Positions 53,067 to 64,000 of a DNA stretch of 64,000 nt are shown in pieces; position 1 is the first letter of the stretch, and each line of letters opens with the position of its first letter. The notes beneath the pieces were generated by a model. That model was given only the letters and a program-made list of their open reading frames with translations, made no database searches and was not told the DNA's origin. Both the position numbers and the translations under genes were made by a program. Origin of the DNA: Octopus vulgaris (Eukaryota); contig OX597815.1 of assembly GCA_951406725.2 (NCBI GenBank), positions 27,032,001 through 27,096,000 on the forward strand, read 5' to 3'.

Positions 53067-53694
53067 CGTTTTTTTTTATCTGTATTTTCTTCTTTGAAAG
53101 TTATTTTTGTTATTTTTTTATTTAATTTTATTTTTATAGAGTAAAGTAACTCATGATGAAATTGCTGTCTTCATAAGGGATTGAACTCTGTTCCTTTTCA
53201 TATCCAATTCTTTCTTAATCCTTCTTTTCGTTTGCAATATTAAAATCATCATCTTCTACTTTCGCAATCGAAGTAACTAGAAGAATCCAGGATGTATTTT
53301 AGTCTCTTATCAGCATCAACCAATCCCAAAACCTAGTAAAATCCAATGATGCATTTCATAATATTCCAAGCATCACTCAACAATTTCAGTGAAGGCTTAA
53401 ATCCATTGATGTGTTTAATCCCTTTATATCTTCCAACAAACTAGTAAATATAATCCAGAAATGTTGTTGTTGTGCTTTTTTCAGTGTCTTACCAAAACAG
53501 TGTCGTTATCCATTGTTAAGAGCAGTGCGTGTGGCAATCAACTGGATACTTACTCGCGTGTTAGTGTGTACTGATCATTGCTTTGATGCTAGTATATACT
53601 GGGTGATTAATACTGACTGGTAGTGGTCACAGATAAAACACCAGTTCATTGGACAAAAACTGATGGACCAAAAGCAAAAAAAAAAAAATTAGTA
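53067..53694 (-). other. Putative 5' UTR exon region with strong 3' splice site
   Basis: Branch-like tactaat (53694-53688), long T tract and cag acceptor (exon would start at 53659); an internal CGA|gtaagt donor at 53553; another CAA|gtaagt donor upstream at 54559. Confidence 0.35.
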
Positions 53695-53931
53695 AAATGA
53701 AATAAAATAAAAAAAAAACAGTAACCACTCTGGGACAGTATATCAGCTACTAGTTGAAATATTTATATACCATATACATGTATATGTACATATATTTGTG
53801 TGTATATGTGCATGAGTGTGTGCATGTGTGCATGTGTGTGTGGGTGTATGGGCATGTATGTATGTGTGTGTGTGTGTGTATGTAACTGACTTTATATATT
53901 TATTAAAAATGTACCTGCATTATATGTGCAT

Positions 53932-53969
<38 letters not shown>

Positions 53970-54607
53970 TTACAGAAAGAGAGTGAGATGAAAGTATAGA
54001 CTTTTATACATATATGTGTACCTGTGTATGTATGTGGGTATATATATATATATATATATATATATCTGTATATGTGTATGTGTGTGTATGCACGTGTATG
54101 TGTGTGTATGTGAAGAGAAAGAGGGAAGGTCAATTTACAATGAACGGTTAATATACAATCTTAATAATCTAAATTAATCTGACCAATGTATTAGATCATT
54201 AGACATTTACAATATATATTGTCTTAGGGGCTTTTATGTAAACCTTTTTTTTCTTATTAGATAATTGTTTGGTACAAACTCACAATGGGACAGAAGGAAT
54301 TATAAAGTGCACCCAAGTCTCTGCCACCACAATGGAAAGTGGAAGTTTGTGTATGAGTATGTCTGCATTTATGACCATGCGTACATGTGTGATGTGAGTG
54401 TGTGTGTGTGTTTGTGTATGTGTGTGTGAAGGAAAGAGAAAGAGAGAGAGAGAAGGTGAAAGAAAGAGAGAGCATGTAAAATTGATGAAAGGAAGTGGGG
54501 GAGCAGTTACTGGACAAAGGAAAAAAGTAATGAAAATAGAAAATGTGAAAAAAACTTACTTGTAATTAAGACTGCTTTTTTTTAAACGTCCTCAGAAAAT
54601 GAGAAAT

Positions 54608-54654
<47 letters not shown>

Positions 54655-54755
54655 AAGATAGATAAATGAATAGATAATCAATAGATAGATAGGCAGACAG
54701 ACGGACAGGCAGGCAGACAGACAGATAGTCAGGCAGACAGACAGACACACGGACG

Positions 54756-54805
<50 letters not shown>

Positions 54806-55599
54806 CAGATAGATAGACAGACAAACTGACAGATTGACAGACTGACAGACAGACAGACTGACAGACGGACGGTCGGACAGACAGACAGACAGACAGACAG
54901 ATATCTAAGTATGTAAGTACATGTGTATGTGTGTAGGTATGTATGTATGTATATTTGTGTGTATATATTTTAAATAAAAAGTAAGTTAAAATGAAATCTA
55001 AAATATAAAAAAGAAAAAGAAAAGAAACTTCAGAATATAGGTTTTTTACTGTTTGTTTTCTTTGATTTAAGCAAATCTTTTGCTTAATCTTTCTCACTTT
55101 ATTCTGTTTTTTTCTTAATTTTTCACTGTTTCCGCATGTTGATTGTGCGTGTTTTAACTTCCTAATTCTTTATTCATTTAGTTTTAATTACGTTACTTTT
55201 ACGCATGATAATTAGATAATGATCTACTTTTAATCTAAAAAGAAAAAGGGTGCCTGCTAAAATAGTCACATTGGTTTGTGTTAATTTTTTGAGTTCAGCG
55301 TTTGAAATATTTCAAATATTATAATTCATATTTCAAATATTATAATTCATACTATAATTTTAAATAAAAATTGAATGATTACTTAGAATAACAAATTTAT
55401 GTTAATAGAATTTGTCTTTGTTTTTTTGTTATTTTCCTCCATTTTTTTGTTTTGTTTTGTTTTGTTTTTGTGATATCACTTTGTAAATGGCTCTAATTAA
55501 GTTGATTATATCAATAGCTGCACCTTCTTTCAATAGTGCAGACACCTTGGAGAGTTATAACAATAATAATATTAAGAATTATAATGGCATTACTGATAC

Positions 55600-56246
55600 C
55601 ACCAATGGTAGTAGTAGTAAAAGTAGTAGAAGTGGAGGTGGTGGTGATGGTGGTGGTGGTTGTGGTGGTGGTGGTAGTGATGGTGGTGGTGGTGGTTGTG
55701 GTGGTGGTGGTGGTGGTGGTGGTGGTGGCTATGATAGATGTTCTGTTGATGACAATGTTGCTACTACTGTTGGTGAAGTTAATGATGATAATGAAAGTAT
55801 GAGGAAAGCTGATGGAGAGTTGATGAAGTTGATGATAATAGTGATGGCAATAATGCTAACACTATTGTTGTTGTTGTTGTTGATGCCGCTGTCGGTGATG
55901 AAGAGGAGGGCAACAGAGACGACGATGGTAAGGATGATAATGTTGACTGTTGTGGTAACGGCAGTGGCGAAACTGGTGCTGTTGATGATGATGATGATAG
56001 TGACAACGACAGAGAAGACAGCGATGACGACGGCAATGAACGGGATGAAGACGATGGTGATGGCGATGATGGCGATGATGATGATGATGATGGTGACCAC
56101 AAAACTGTTGACGATGCTGTGGAGAATGACGACGATAACTTTGATAATGTAATATTCCGTAGTAATGCCTCATGTCCTCCAAAGTCTTCTCTCTTCCTAA
56201 ACAGTAACATATCAGCTATTTGCCATTTACTTAATCCTCCTCCTCA

Positions 56247-56278
<32 letters not shown>

Positions 56279-57120
56279 AATACTCCTACTGCTACTCATA
56301 CTACTATAACTACTGCTTCTTCTTTGACTGCCTCCGCTGCTACACTGCTGCTATGCTACTGCATCATGTCAGATGCCTGCACATAGCAATGCAGCATGTA
56401 CAGAGCTTAAAGTACATTACACATCTGCACATTTACATATATGTATATATATAGATAGATAGATGTGTTCAATAATACACACACACACGCATGCACACGT
56501 ACACACACACACGTGTGCACACGTACACACACACACTCACAAATACACTCACACACACACACACACACACAAATACACTCACACACACATACTCAGTATA
56601 CTTTACTGAGAAATTGCCTCTAATCAAGTAACAAGGCAACAAAGAGATATCTTGCTATTGTTGCAAATATATACAACCACCTCCACCACCACCACCACCA
56701 CCACCACCACCACCACCACCAACCCCACCACTGCCAACCCCCACCACCACCACGAACATCGCACATGCTCCGCCACTATTACCACCACCTGCACAATCAC
56801 CACCACCGCTGCCGCCGCCAACAACAACACCACCCATCCACACACACACACACACCTCTAGCATCACAACTGTGCCTGCTCCACCGCCTCATCTATCGGC
56901 ACTGTGCCCTACTCCACCACTGTCGCCCCTGTCACCACCCAGATTTGTACCACCCCCTACCATCGCCACCATCGATCACCATTACCACCACCACCATCAA
57001 AACCACCCCACTACTACCTCTGGTTGTTCTGCTCGGCCACTTCTACTGCTACCATTTACACCAAATCTACTCCCTTTATCAGCACCACCAAACCCCTCTC
57101 AAAAAACTTGCCCCCCACTC
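55600..57120. repeat. Mosaic trinucleotide low-complexity region (GGT/GAT/GAC, then ACT, then CAC/CCA)
   Basis: Direct inspection; the long ORFs here are low-complexity in all frames. Confidence 0.85.
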
Positions 57121-57358
57121 CCTCTCTCGCTCTCTCTCTTTCACACATACTCCTACAGTCAGTATACATATGCATACATATGCACACACATTTATACACA
57201 CACATACAAATACTTTCATACATACACACACACAAACATTCACCACAATAAATAATTATATATTCTAAGTTTCCCTACAGATGCATTCATGCTGTCATTT
57301 CCTTTTTCTTTTTGTCTCAATTCGGTCTTTTGCTTCGATCTTTTCTTCCTCTAACTCA

Positions 57359-57446
<88 letters not shown>

Positions 57447-57504
57447 ATCTATCTATCTATCTGTCTGTCTGTCTATCTATCTGTTTATAAGTGTGTGGGT
57501 ATCA

Positions 57505-59235
57505 AGGACAAAAGTGATGCTTTAGAAAGAAACAGCTATGGGGAATCAAACTTCTAGATCAAGTTATGAAGGTCATGTAGAAAATCATAGCCTAATTAAT
57601 CCATGATAGAACAGACCTGGATGAGATGCAGTTTTGCTTTGTCTCTGGAAGAGGCAACACAGATGTAATCTTCTTAGTGAGGCAACTGCAGGGGAAATAC
57701 CCGGCCAAGGATAAATTGCTATCCCTGGCTTTCATTGATTTGAAGAAAGCATTTGACATTTAGCAATTTGGTAGGCTTTGAAGAAACAAGGTGCAGATGA
57801 ATGGCTCATGCTGGCAGTTCAGGTTATGTATAAGATTGCTGTAAGTAAAATGAGATTTGGAAATGACTTCAATGATGAATTTAGCATGAAGATAGGAGTC
57901 CATCAAAGGTTAGCCCTCAGTCATCATAGTCCTCCAAGCCATAATAATAATAATAATAATGATAATAATAATAAAACATTGTGTACAGTACTCAGGTGCA
58001 CTACAACTCATCTAAAGTGTATGTATAATCAGGTGTAGTTTCGGTGGATTTCGGAAAGCATGAGGGCCTTAAAGGATGCAGTGTCATGGCAGTCAACAAC
58101 TGACGCAGGCAGTTTATTCCATGCTTCAGCAACTCTGAGCATGAAAAAATGTTTCCAAAAGTCATGTGCTGTTTTCTGACTTTGTAGGCATGTCCACGTG
58201 TGTTGGACACATGGTGATCAAAAAGGTGTTCAGTGTTGTTGTTGGTGAGGTGGTTGATAACTTTGTGGGCGTTTACCAAGTCCATCGCCAGACGCCGGAG
58301 CTTCAGTGAATCCATGCCCAGGGAAACAAGGCGCTCAGAGTATGGTAGGTGTCTGATGGAGGGTATGCGTTTGGTTGCACGTCTCTGAACAGATTCCAGG
58401 AGGTCAATGTTCTGAGCAAGATAGGGGTTCCAAACTGATGATGCGAATTCCAAGTGTGGTCGTACCATAGCTGTATACAGCTTTAAATAGATGGCTGGAG
58501 AGCGGCTAACAAAAGTCTTGTTGAGTGATGCCAAGACACCCTCGGCCTTCTTGACAATTGGAAGACTATTATGATTGTGGGCTCTTATATGCCAATGATC
58601 TAGTCCTCATAGCTGAATTTACAAGAGAATTAGAGAAGAAATTTTAAGTATGGAAGCTAAACCTAATCCTGGTCCTTAAGGTTAACCAGGCAAAAATATA
58701 GGTTCAGGGAAATGGCCTTTCTCAATATGTAGAAAATGAGTAGCTACAAATTCCATGCACTGTACATCAAGAGATGTAGTGGTATCACTGGCAGACAATC
58801 GAAGTAGGTAACCTTCATGTGTGGTAGATACACTGAGGCGTACACAGAAACTCACCAGAAAATGAGTCTTTTAAATGCTCAGATGGTTCACTAGAAATAG
58901 TTAATAGCTTTTATAACCTAGGAGATGTAGTTAGCAAGGGAGGCGGTTGCTATGAAAGTATAAAAGCTAGAATGAGAACAGTTTGAGAAAATTCGGAGAG
59001 CTACTACCACTGCTGATAAAGATCTTTTCCATTAGACTGAATGACAGGCTGTATAATGCCTGTGTTTGAACTGCAATGCTTCATGGTAATGAGACATGAG
59101 TCTTGAATGCAGAGGATCTGAGAATACTGGAAAGAAATGAAGCAAGCATGCTCTGTTGGATGTGCAATGTGAGTATGCATGAAAGAATTAGTACTAAGGT
59201 GCTGAGTAAAAAAACTGGACACTAGAGGAATCAGA
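57505..59235 (+). pseudogene. Decayed RTE-clade LINE interrupted by a CR1 insertion
   Basis: LDEMQF.FVSGRGNTDVIFLVRQLQGKY.AKDK, FIDLKKAFD, IGVHQ, LYANDL, AMLHGNET, ERNEASML.WMCNVS. Confidence 0.85.
57943..58562 (-). mobile_element. CR1/L2-type LINE 3' fragment
   Basis: KLYTAMVRPHLEFASSVWNP...LESVQRRATKRI...YSERL..LGMDSLKLRR; (AAT)n tail. Confidence 0.92.
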
Positions 59236-59672
59236 AATCCTCCCCCTGATTTTGAGGTTCTCAAAAGAAGAGCTTCCTTCGTCATTGATACTGAGTTATG
59301 GAAGCACTAAGTCTTGTGCTCTCCACCCACATTACAATGAGTCACCCCACTCCAATGCATTAGGCCTGTCTTTTCCCCCTGCATCCCACTTGCCTCTTAA
59401 AAACCACCCAACTATGTCATCCCTCTCTCATGCCCTCCCAACCTTACAACTGTATCATCTTTACTACTCCTGCTGTTTGCCACCCCAACTGTTGTCTGCA
59501 TCCCTCTATCTTCCCAACTTATGACTCCTTACTCATCAGCCCTTCAACCCTCTCCCTTGTTTCTCCTTCACATACAATTTTACAAACTGAGTCTCCAATT
59601 CACCTTGTGCCTTGTGGAACCATCTACGTACCTTATCACCATTATCTATCCTTGCAGCTTCTACTGTTCATG

Positions 59673-59712
<40 letters not shown>

Positions 59713-61385
59713 CCCTCTCTCTCCTACAAGATGTGTGTAGCCATGGAGTTTCTTCAAAAGAACCTGTAACTGCTCCCATTTCCTAAATTAAATCTCATCA
59801 TCCACTAGCATGAAGTTGATACCCCATTTCAGGGTTTGTAGTTTTGTGAGCTGCATGGTGACCTCAATAGTTCTGGTTGCATGAAAAACAAGTTGTTCGG
59901 GATTAGGAAAGGTATTCAGCTGTAGAAACCATGCCAAGACATTGGAGCATGAAGCAATCCTTGAACATATCAGGTCCTGTCCAACACATGCTAGCATGGA
60001 ACACAGACATTAAATGATGGTGTATGTGTGTGTGAGTGTGTGTGTATACATATGTAAAGAGATTTTCTTAAATCAAAACTTATTAATTATATTTTAAAAT
60101 TCTGTTGCTTCGTGAGTTTATTTGGTTAGTGTATTTTTGTCGTTGCTGACTTTTCTGATGAAATAGTTACATTTGAACTCTTGTTGAAATTGAACTGTTG
60201 TCATCGTTTTGACAAAAATTTTGGTACTATGGGGAGGAAAATTGTTTTTTGCACAACTATTTGGACTGTTTGGTACCTGTTGAGGTTAACTTTGCCTTTC
60301 ATCCTTTCAGGGTTGATAAAATAAGTACCAGTTGAGTACTGGGGTAGATATAATTGACTTAGTCCCACCCCTGAACTTGCTGACATTGTGCCAAAATTTG
60401 AAACCAATATATATGGTGTTTTTAAACACAACACATTCACAAAAAATATAATCACCAGACAAATACCGCAGTAAGTTTGCTTTTCATGGTGCATCTACAT
60501 TAAGTATGTGACACGGGTGGCTATTTTAATCAAATACTCATCTGGCCTTACATCTATTCAATAGAAATATTTCCTGGTATTTTACTTATAATAACTTCAA
60601 TGAAATGCTGGACTTTGGAAATGATTCACATACATTTTAATGATGTTACTCATTCATTGATTGAATTCTAAAGAATTCTGATTGGTTATTATTGTTACAT
60701 CTTTTACAAATTCCAGAAAGGATAGTCCTGTCCATAGCTTTTATAGTTTCTACACCACTGGAATCTTCCATTACTAAATTACTTTATAAATATTTAATAA
60801 CTTAACCTAAGCCTATATTTTCCATATCATTGATTCCTGTATTTTTTTTGTTTTTTCTTTTTGTGATATTTACATTAACTGAACTGACGATAGGAACAAT
60901 GGTACACTTGCTTAGTTTTCTGCTTCAAGTAGCAATATCTGGTGTGCTGTTGATACTGGTATTATTGTTTGGCTTTATTATGGACCTGATTGAACAGAAC
61001 TATAGTGAGAGACATTCCACCCATTCACATCTTGTTTTGTTTTTAGGCATAACAGACTGCATTAACTGTGTCCTTTCATTCTTTTAAAATAGCAAGACGC
61101 AATTTGAAAAAATTTAGCTTCTATTTCTAGCGGGTCAACTAATGACTCACTCAGCTCAATATTAAGTATATTGTTTTTGTTGCTGTTTAGCTCTAGGTCA
61201 GCCCTGATGAAGCAAAGTTATGGTCAAAGTTATTCCAACTGGAACTTCCTCATTTTTGTTTTTCGTTAGAGATAGAGTATCCAGGCCTACATTATCCAAT
61301 CTGTGTTATTTTTTTCTTTTTTCAGAAAAATTCTTGGGTGTAATTCAAACGAGATTTAGTAGATATTTCTAACAGATTATGTGAC

Positions 61386-61604
61386 CAGTGCTTTTCAACC
61401 TTGTTGCTGGAGTGGAACCCCAAGGAAACATTCCACTGGCTCGAGGAACCCCTGTGCAATAATTTAATAGTCTTATGCACACATATCTGCACAGGAGAAT
61501 TAAAAATTACTGTCGATTTTAGCATTTTTGTAACTTCTTGCGGAACCCCTGGACTGTACTGGTGGAACCCTAAGGTTCCGCAGAACCCTGGTTGAAAACC
61601 ACTG
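61386..61604. mobile_element. hAT-type MITE
   Basis: TIRs cagtgcttttcaacc / ggttgaaaaccactg; degenerate TSD atgt(a)gac; repeated ggaacccc subterminal motifs. Confidence 0.8.
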
Positions 61605-61934
61605 ATGTAGACAGTCCCTTATTATATGGTGTAGTGGCATTAGTTTTAGTAGTGATGCTAGGGAGATTTGTGGTCTTACTTCTCTACAAGTGCAGGTTGT
61701 GGTGATGGTGATCATGGAATTTTCTACCAATACTCCTCACCATTAAATATACATGAGTATTCATGCAGGCTTGGCTGTTTGGTTAAATGTTTATTTCGTA
61801 ACAATGTGGTTAGGGATTCAGATCTACTGCATTCACTATTGTAGCTGGTGGGGTGGGGTCTGCCCAAGGCAGCACTTTTCATCCTGTTGTAGGCTATTGC
61901 TGTAGGCAATATGTATTTTTTTTGGTGGGGGGGA

Positions 61935-62235
61935 TGTTTCGGAAACATTTTTTCACGTTAAGAGTTGCTGAAGCATGGAACAAACTGCCAGCATCAGTTG
62001 TTAGTTGTCGGAGCACTGTATCCTTCAAAACTTCCATGCTTCCTGAGATTCGCCAACACTACACCTGATTTTCTCCCCATACACACGCTAGCATGTATCT
62101 GACTCATACACTGTTCACTTCCCAGACATTTGTACATTACTGCATATGCTTTATATGCACTTTTGACAAGTTGTGGTGCACCTGAGCACTGTATACAATA
62201 ATTTCATTATATTTCATATATAATTTCATTATATA
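61935..62235 (+). mobile_element. CR1/L2-type LINE 3' end
   Basis: FRKHFFTLRVAEAWNKLPASVV...PEIRQHYT plus the same 3' UTR as 33975-34412. Confidence 0.9.
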
Positions 62236-62242
62236 TTATATT

Positions 62243-63210
62243 ATAAACCTTAAGGACATCTTGCAGATTTTTATAGTCCCAGATATCATGATCATTTGTA
62301 GCTTATGAATTAAGGATCTGCATTCTCCCTCCAAGATTCCAAGTTCGGCCACCCTTCAATCCAGATGGGTTGTTGTGTATCCAGCTGCTCCAATAATAAC
62401 TGATATGAAGCTGAAAGTGTATCTTGGGTACTGGACTTTTAAACTCCTTATCAATGGCCCCCAGATGTCCTCTTTCTCCTTCATTTTTTAAACCATATTC
62501 ATGTTGAGGAGCAGCTGATTTCCACAACAGAACATATCTTTTCCTTGTGTTGTATTTTAACTTGGTAGTTATTTTAATTCTCAAGTTCCATCAATATCCT
62601 TTTGACCCATCGTTCTCAATTTGGTCAACTTTGTTTTTAGGTATTCTTTTTTGTTATCCTAAGAGCACCATCCGAGTGTGATTGTTGCCAGAACGGCTAT
62701 CTGGCCTCCGTGCCGGTGGCACGTAAAAGACACCATTCGAGCATGATTGTTACCAGCATCGCCTTACTAGCACCTGTGTCGGTGGCATGTGTAAAAGATT
62801 TGAGCGTGGTCGTTGCCAGTACCACCTGACTGGCATGTAAAAGCACCCACTACACTCTTGGGGTGGTTGGCATTAGGAAGGGCATCCAGCTGTAGAAACT
62901 CTGCCAGATCAAGATTGAAGCCTGGTGCAGCCATCTGGTTCACCAGCCCTCAGTCATTCGTCCAACCCATGCTAGCATGGAAAGCAGACGTTAAACGATG
63001 ATGATGGTGATAATGATGTTCCAGATTGTTCTGGTCACTATATCATGACTCATGAGAAGATGGTATTTGGAAGACATTCTCTCACAGTTGGCAATAATGT
63101 GGTTGATGTCTTCTGTCTTGGTCTTGCACAGCCTACGTTTGTTGTCTGTCAAAGTTTTCTGCCTTTTATGCTGCAGGTAATTGGTGAGGATCTCTTATTC
63201 TTGGATTGCA
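62243..63210 (-). pseudogene. R4/Dong-type non-LTR retrotransposon 3' fragment (zinc knuckle plus restriction-like endonuclease)
   Basis: 63210-63020: AIQE*EILTNYL...RRLCKTKTEDINHIIANC...SHDIV. 62545-62243: VVEISC...EKEDIWGPLIRSLKVQYP..FISVIIGAAG...KLQ..ISGTIKICK. Split by an RTE 3' module at 62660-63019. Confidence 0.8.
62660..63019 (+). mobile_element. RTE 3' module copy nested in the R4/Dong-type fossil
   Basis: aagagcaccatccgag...ccatgctagcatgg...(GAT)n. Confidence 0.9.
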
Positions 63211-64000
63211 TGTATGTATGTATGTATGTATGTATGTATGCATGTATGTATGTATGTATGTGTGCATGTATGTATGTATGTATGTATGTATGTATGCATG
63301 TATGCATGCATGAATGCATGCATGTATGTATGTATGTATGTATGTAGGCATGTATACATGTATGTATGTATGAATGCATGTATGTATGTATGAATGTATG
63401 AATGTATGTATGCATGTATGTATGAATGCATGTATGTACGTATGTATGCATGTATGTATGTACGTATGTATGTATGTATGTGTGCATGTATGTATGTATG
63501 CATGTATGTATGTACGTATGTATGTATGTATGTATGTATGTGTGCATGTATGTATGTATGTATGTATGAATGCATGTATGTATGTATGTATGCATGTATG
63601 CATGTATGTATGTATGAATGCATGTATGTATGTATGAATGTATGAATGTATGTATGCATGTATGTATGTACGTATGTATGTATGTATGTGTGCATGTATG
63701 TATGTATGCATGTATGTATGTACGTATGTATGTATGTATGTATGTGTGCATGTATGTATGTATGTATGTATGAATGCATGTATGTATGTATGTATGTATG
63801 CATGTATGCATGTATGTATGTATGAATGCATGTATGTATGTATGAATGTATGAATGTATGTATGCATGTATGTATGTGTGCATGTATGTATGTATGTATG
63901 TATGTATGCATGCATGTATGTATGTATGTATGCATGTATGTATGCATGCATGTATGTATGTATGTATGTATGTATGTATGTATGCATGCATGTATGTATG
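63208..64000. repeat. (TATG/CATG/AATG)n microsatellite running off the window end
   Basis: Direct inspection. Confidence 0.95.

Noticed and set aside
55487-56152. 221-aa Gly/Met/Thr-rich ORF
   Set aside because: A mosaic of trinucleotide repeats, open in several frames on both strands, with no domain signal.
60152-60200. CTGATGA...GAAA motif
   Set aside because: No valid stem III/NUH triplet or stem I partner.

Overview
AT-rich, microsatellite-saturated metazoan DNA. The SINE/LINE repertoire looks like Octopus (coleoid cephalopod); this is my recognition, not a database result. Nearly all ORFs in the track are translations of (TA)n/(CA)n/(TATG)n/(TAGA)n repeats or decayed transposons. The window is mostly repeat fossils: RTE-clade LINEs and many copies of their 3' module, CR1/L2-type LINE ends, four tRNA-derived SINE families, a decayed Gypsy element, Penelope GIY-YIG fragments, R4/Dong-type (RLE) LINE fragments, mariner remnants, and Tigger-, piggyBac- and hAT-type MITEs. 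Splice signals suggest an unidentified minus-strand gene: a start-codon exon at 53042-53066 joins in frame to a 125-nt exon at 17611-17735 across a ~35 kb intron. The most notable signal is a set of unrelated short elements carrying type I hammerhead ribozymes (18997, 25575, 29234, 36591). One is a 290-bp, highly structured, TSD-flanked retrozyme-like insertion. All four CUGANGA-core copies lie antisense to the putative host gene, while the sense-strand copies are atypical or broken.
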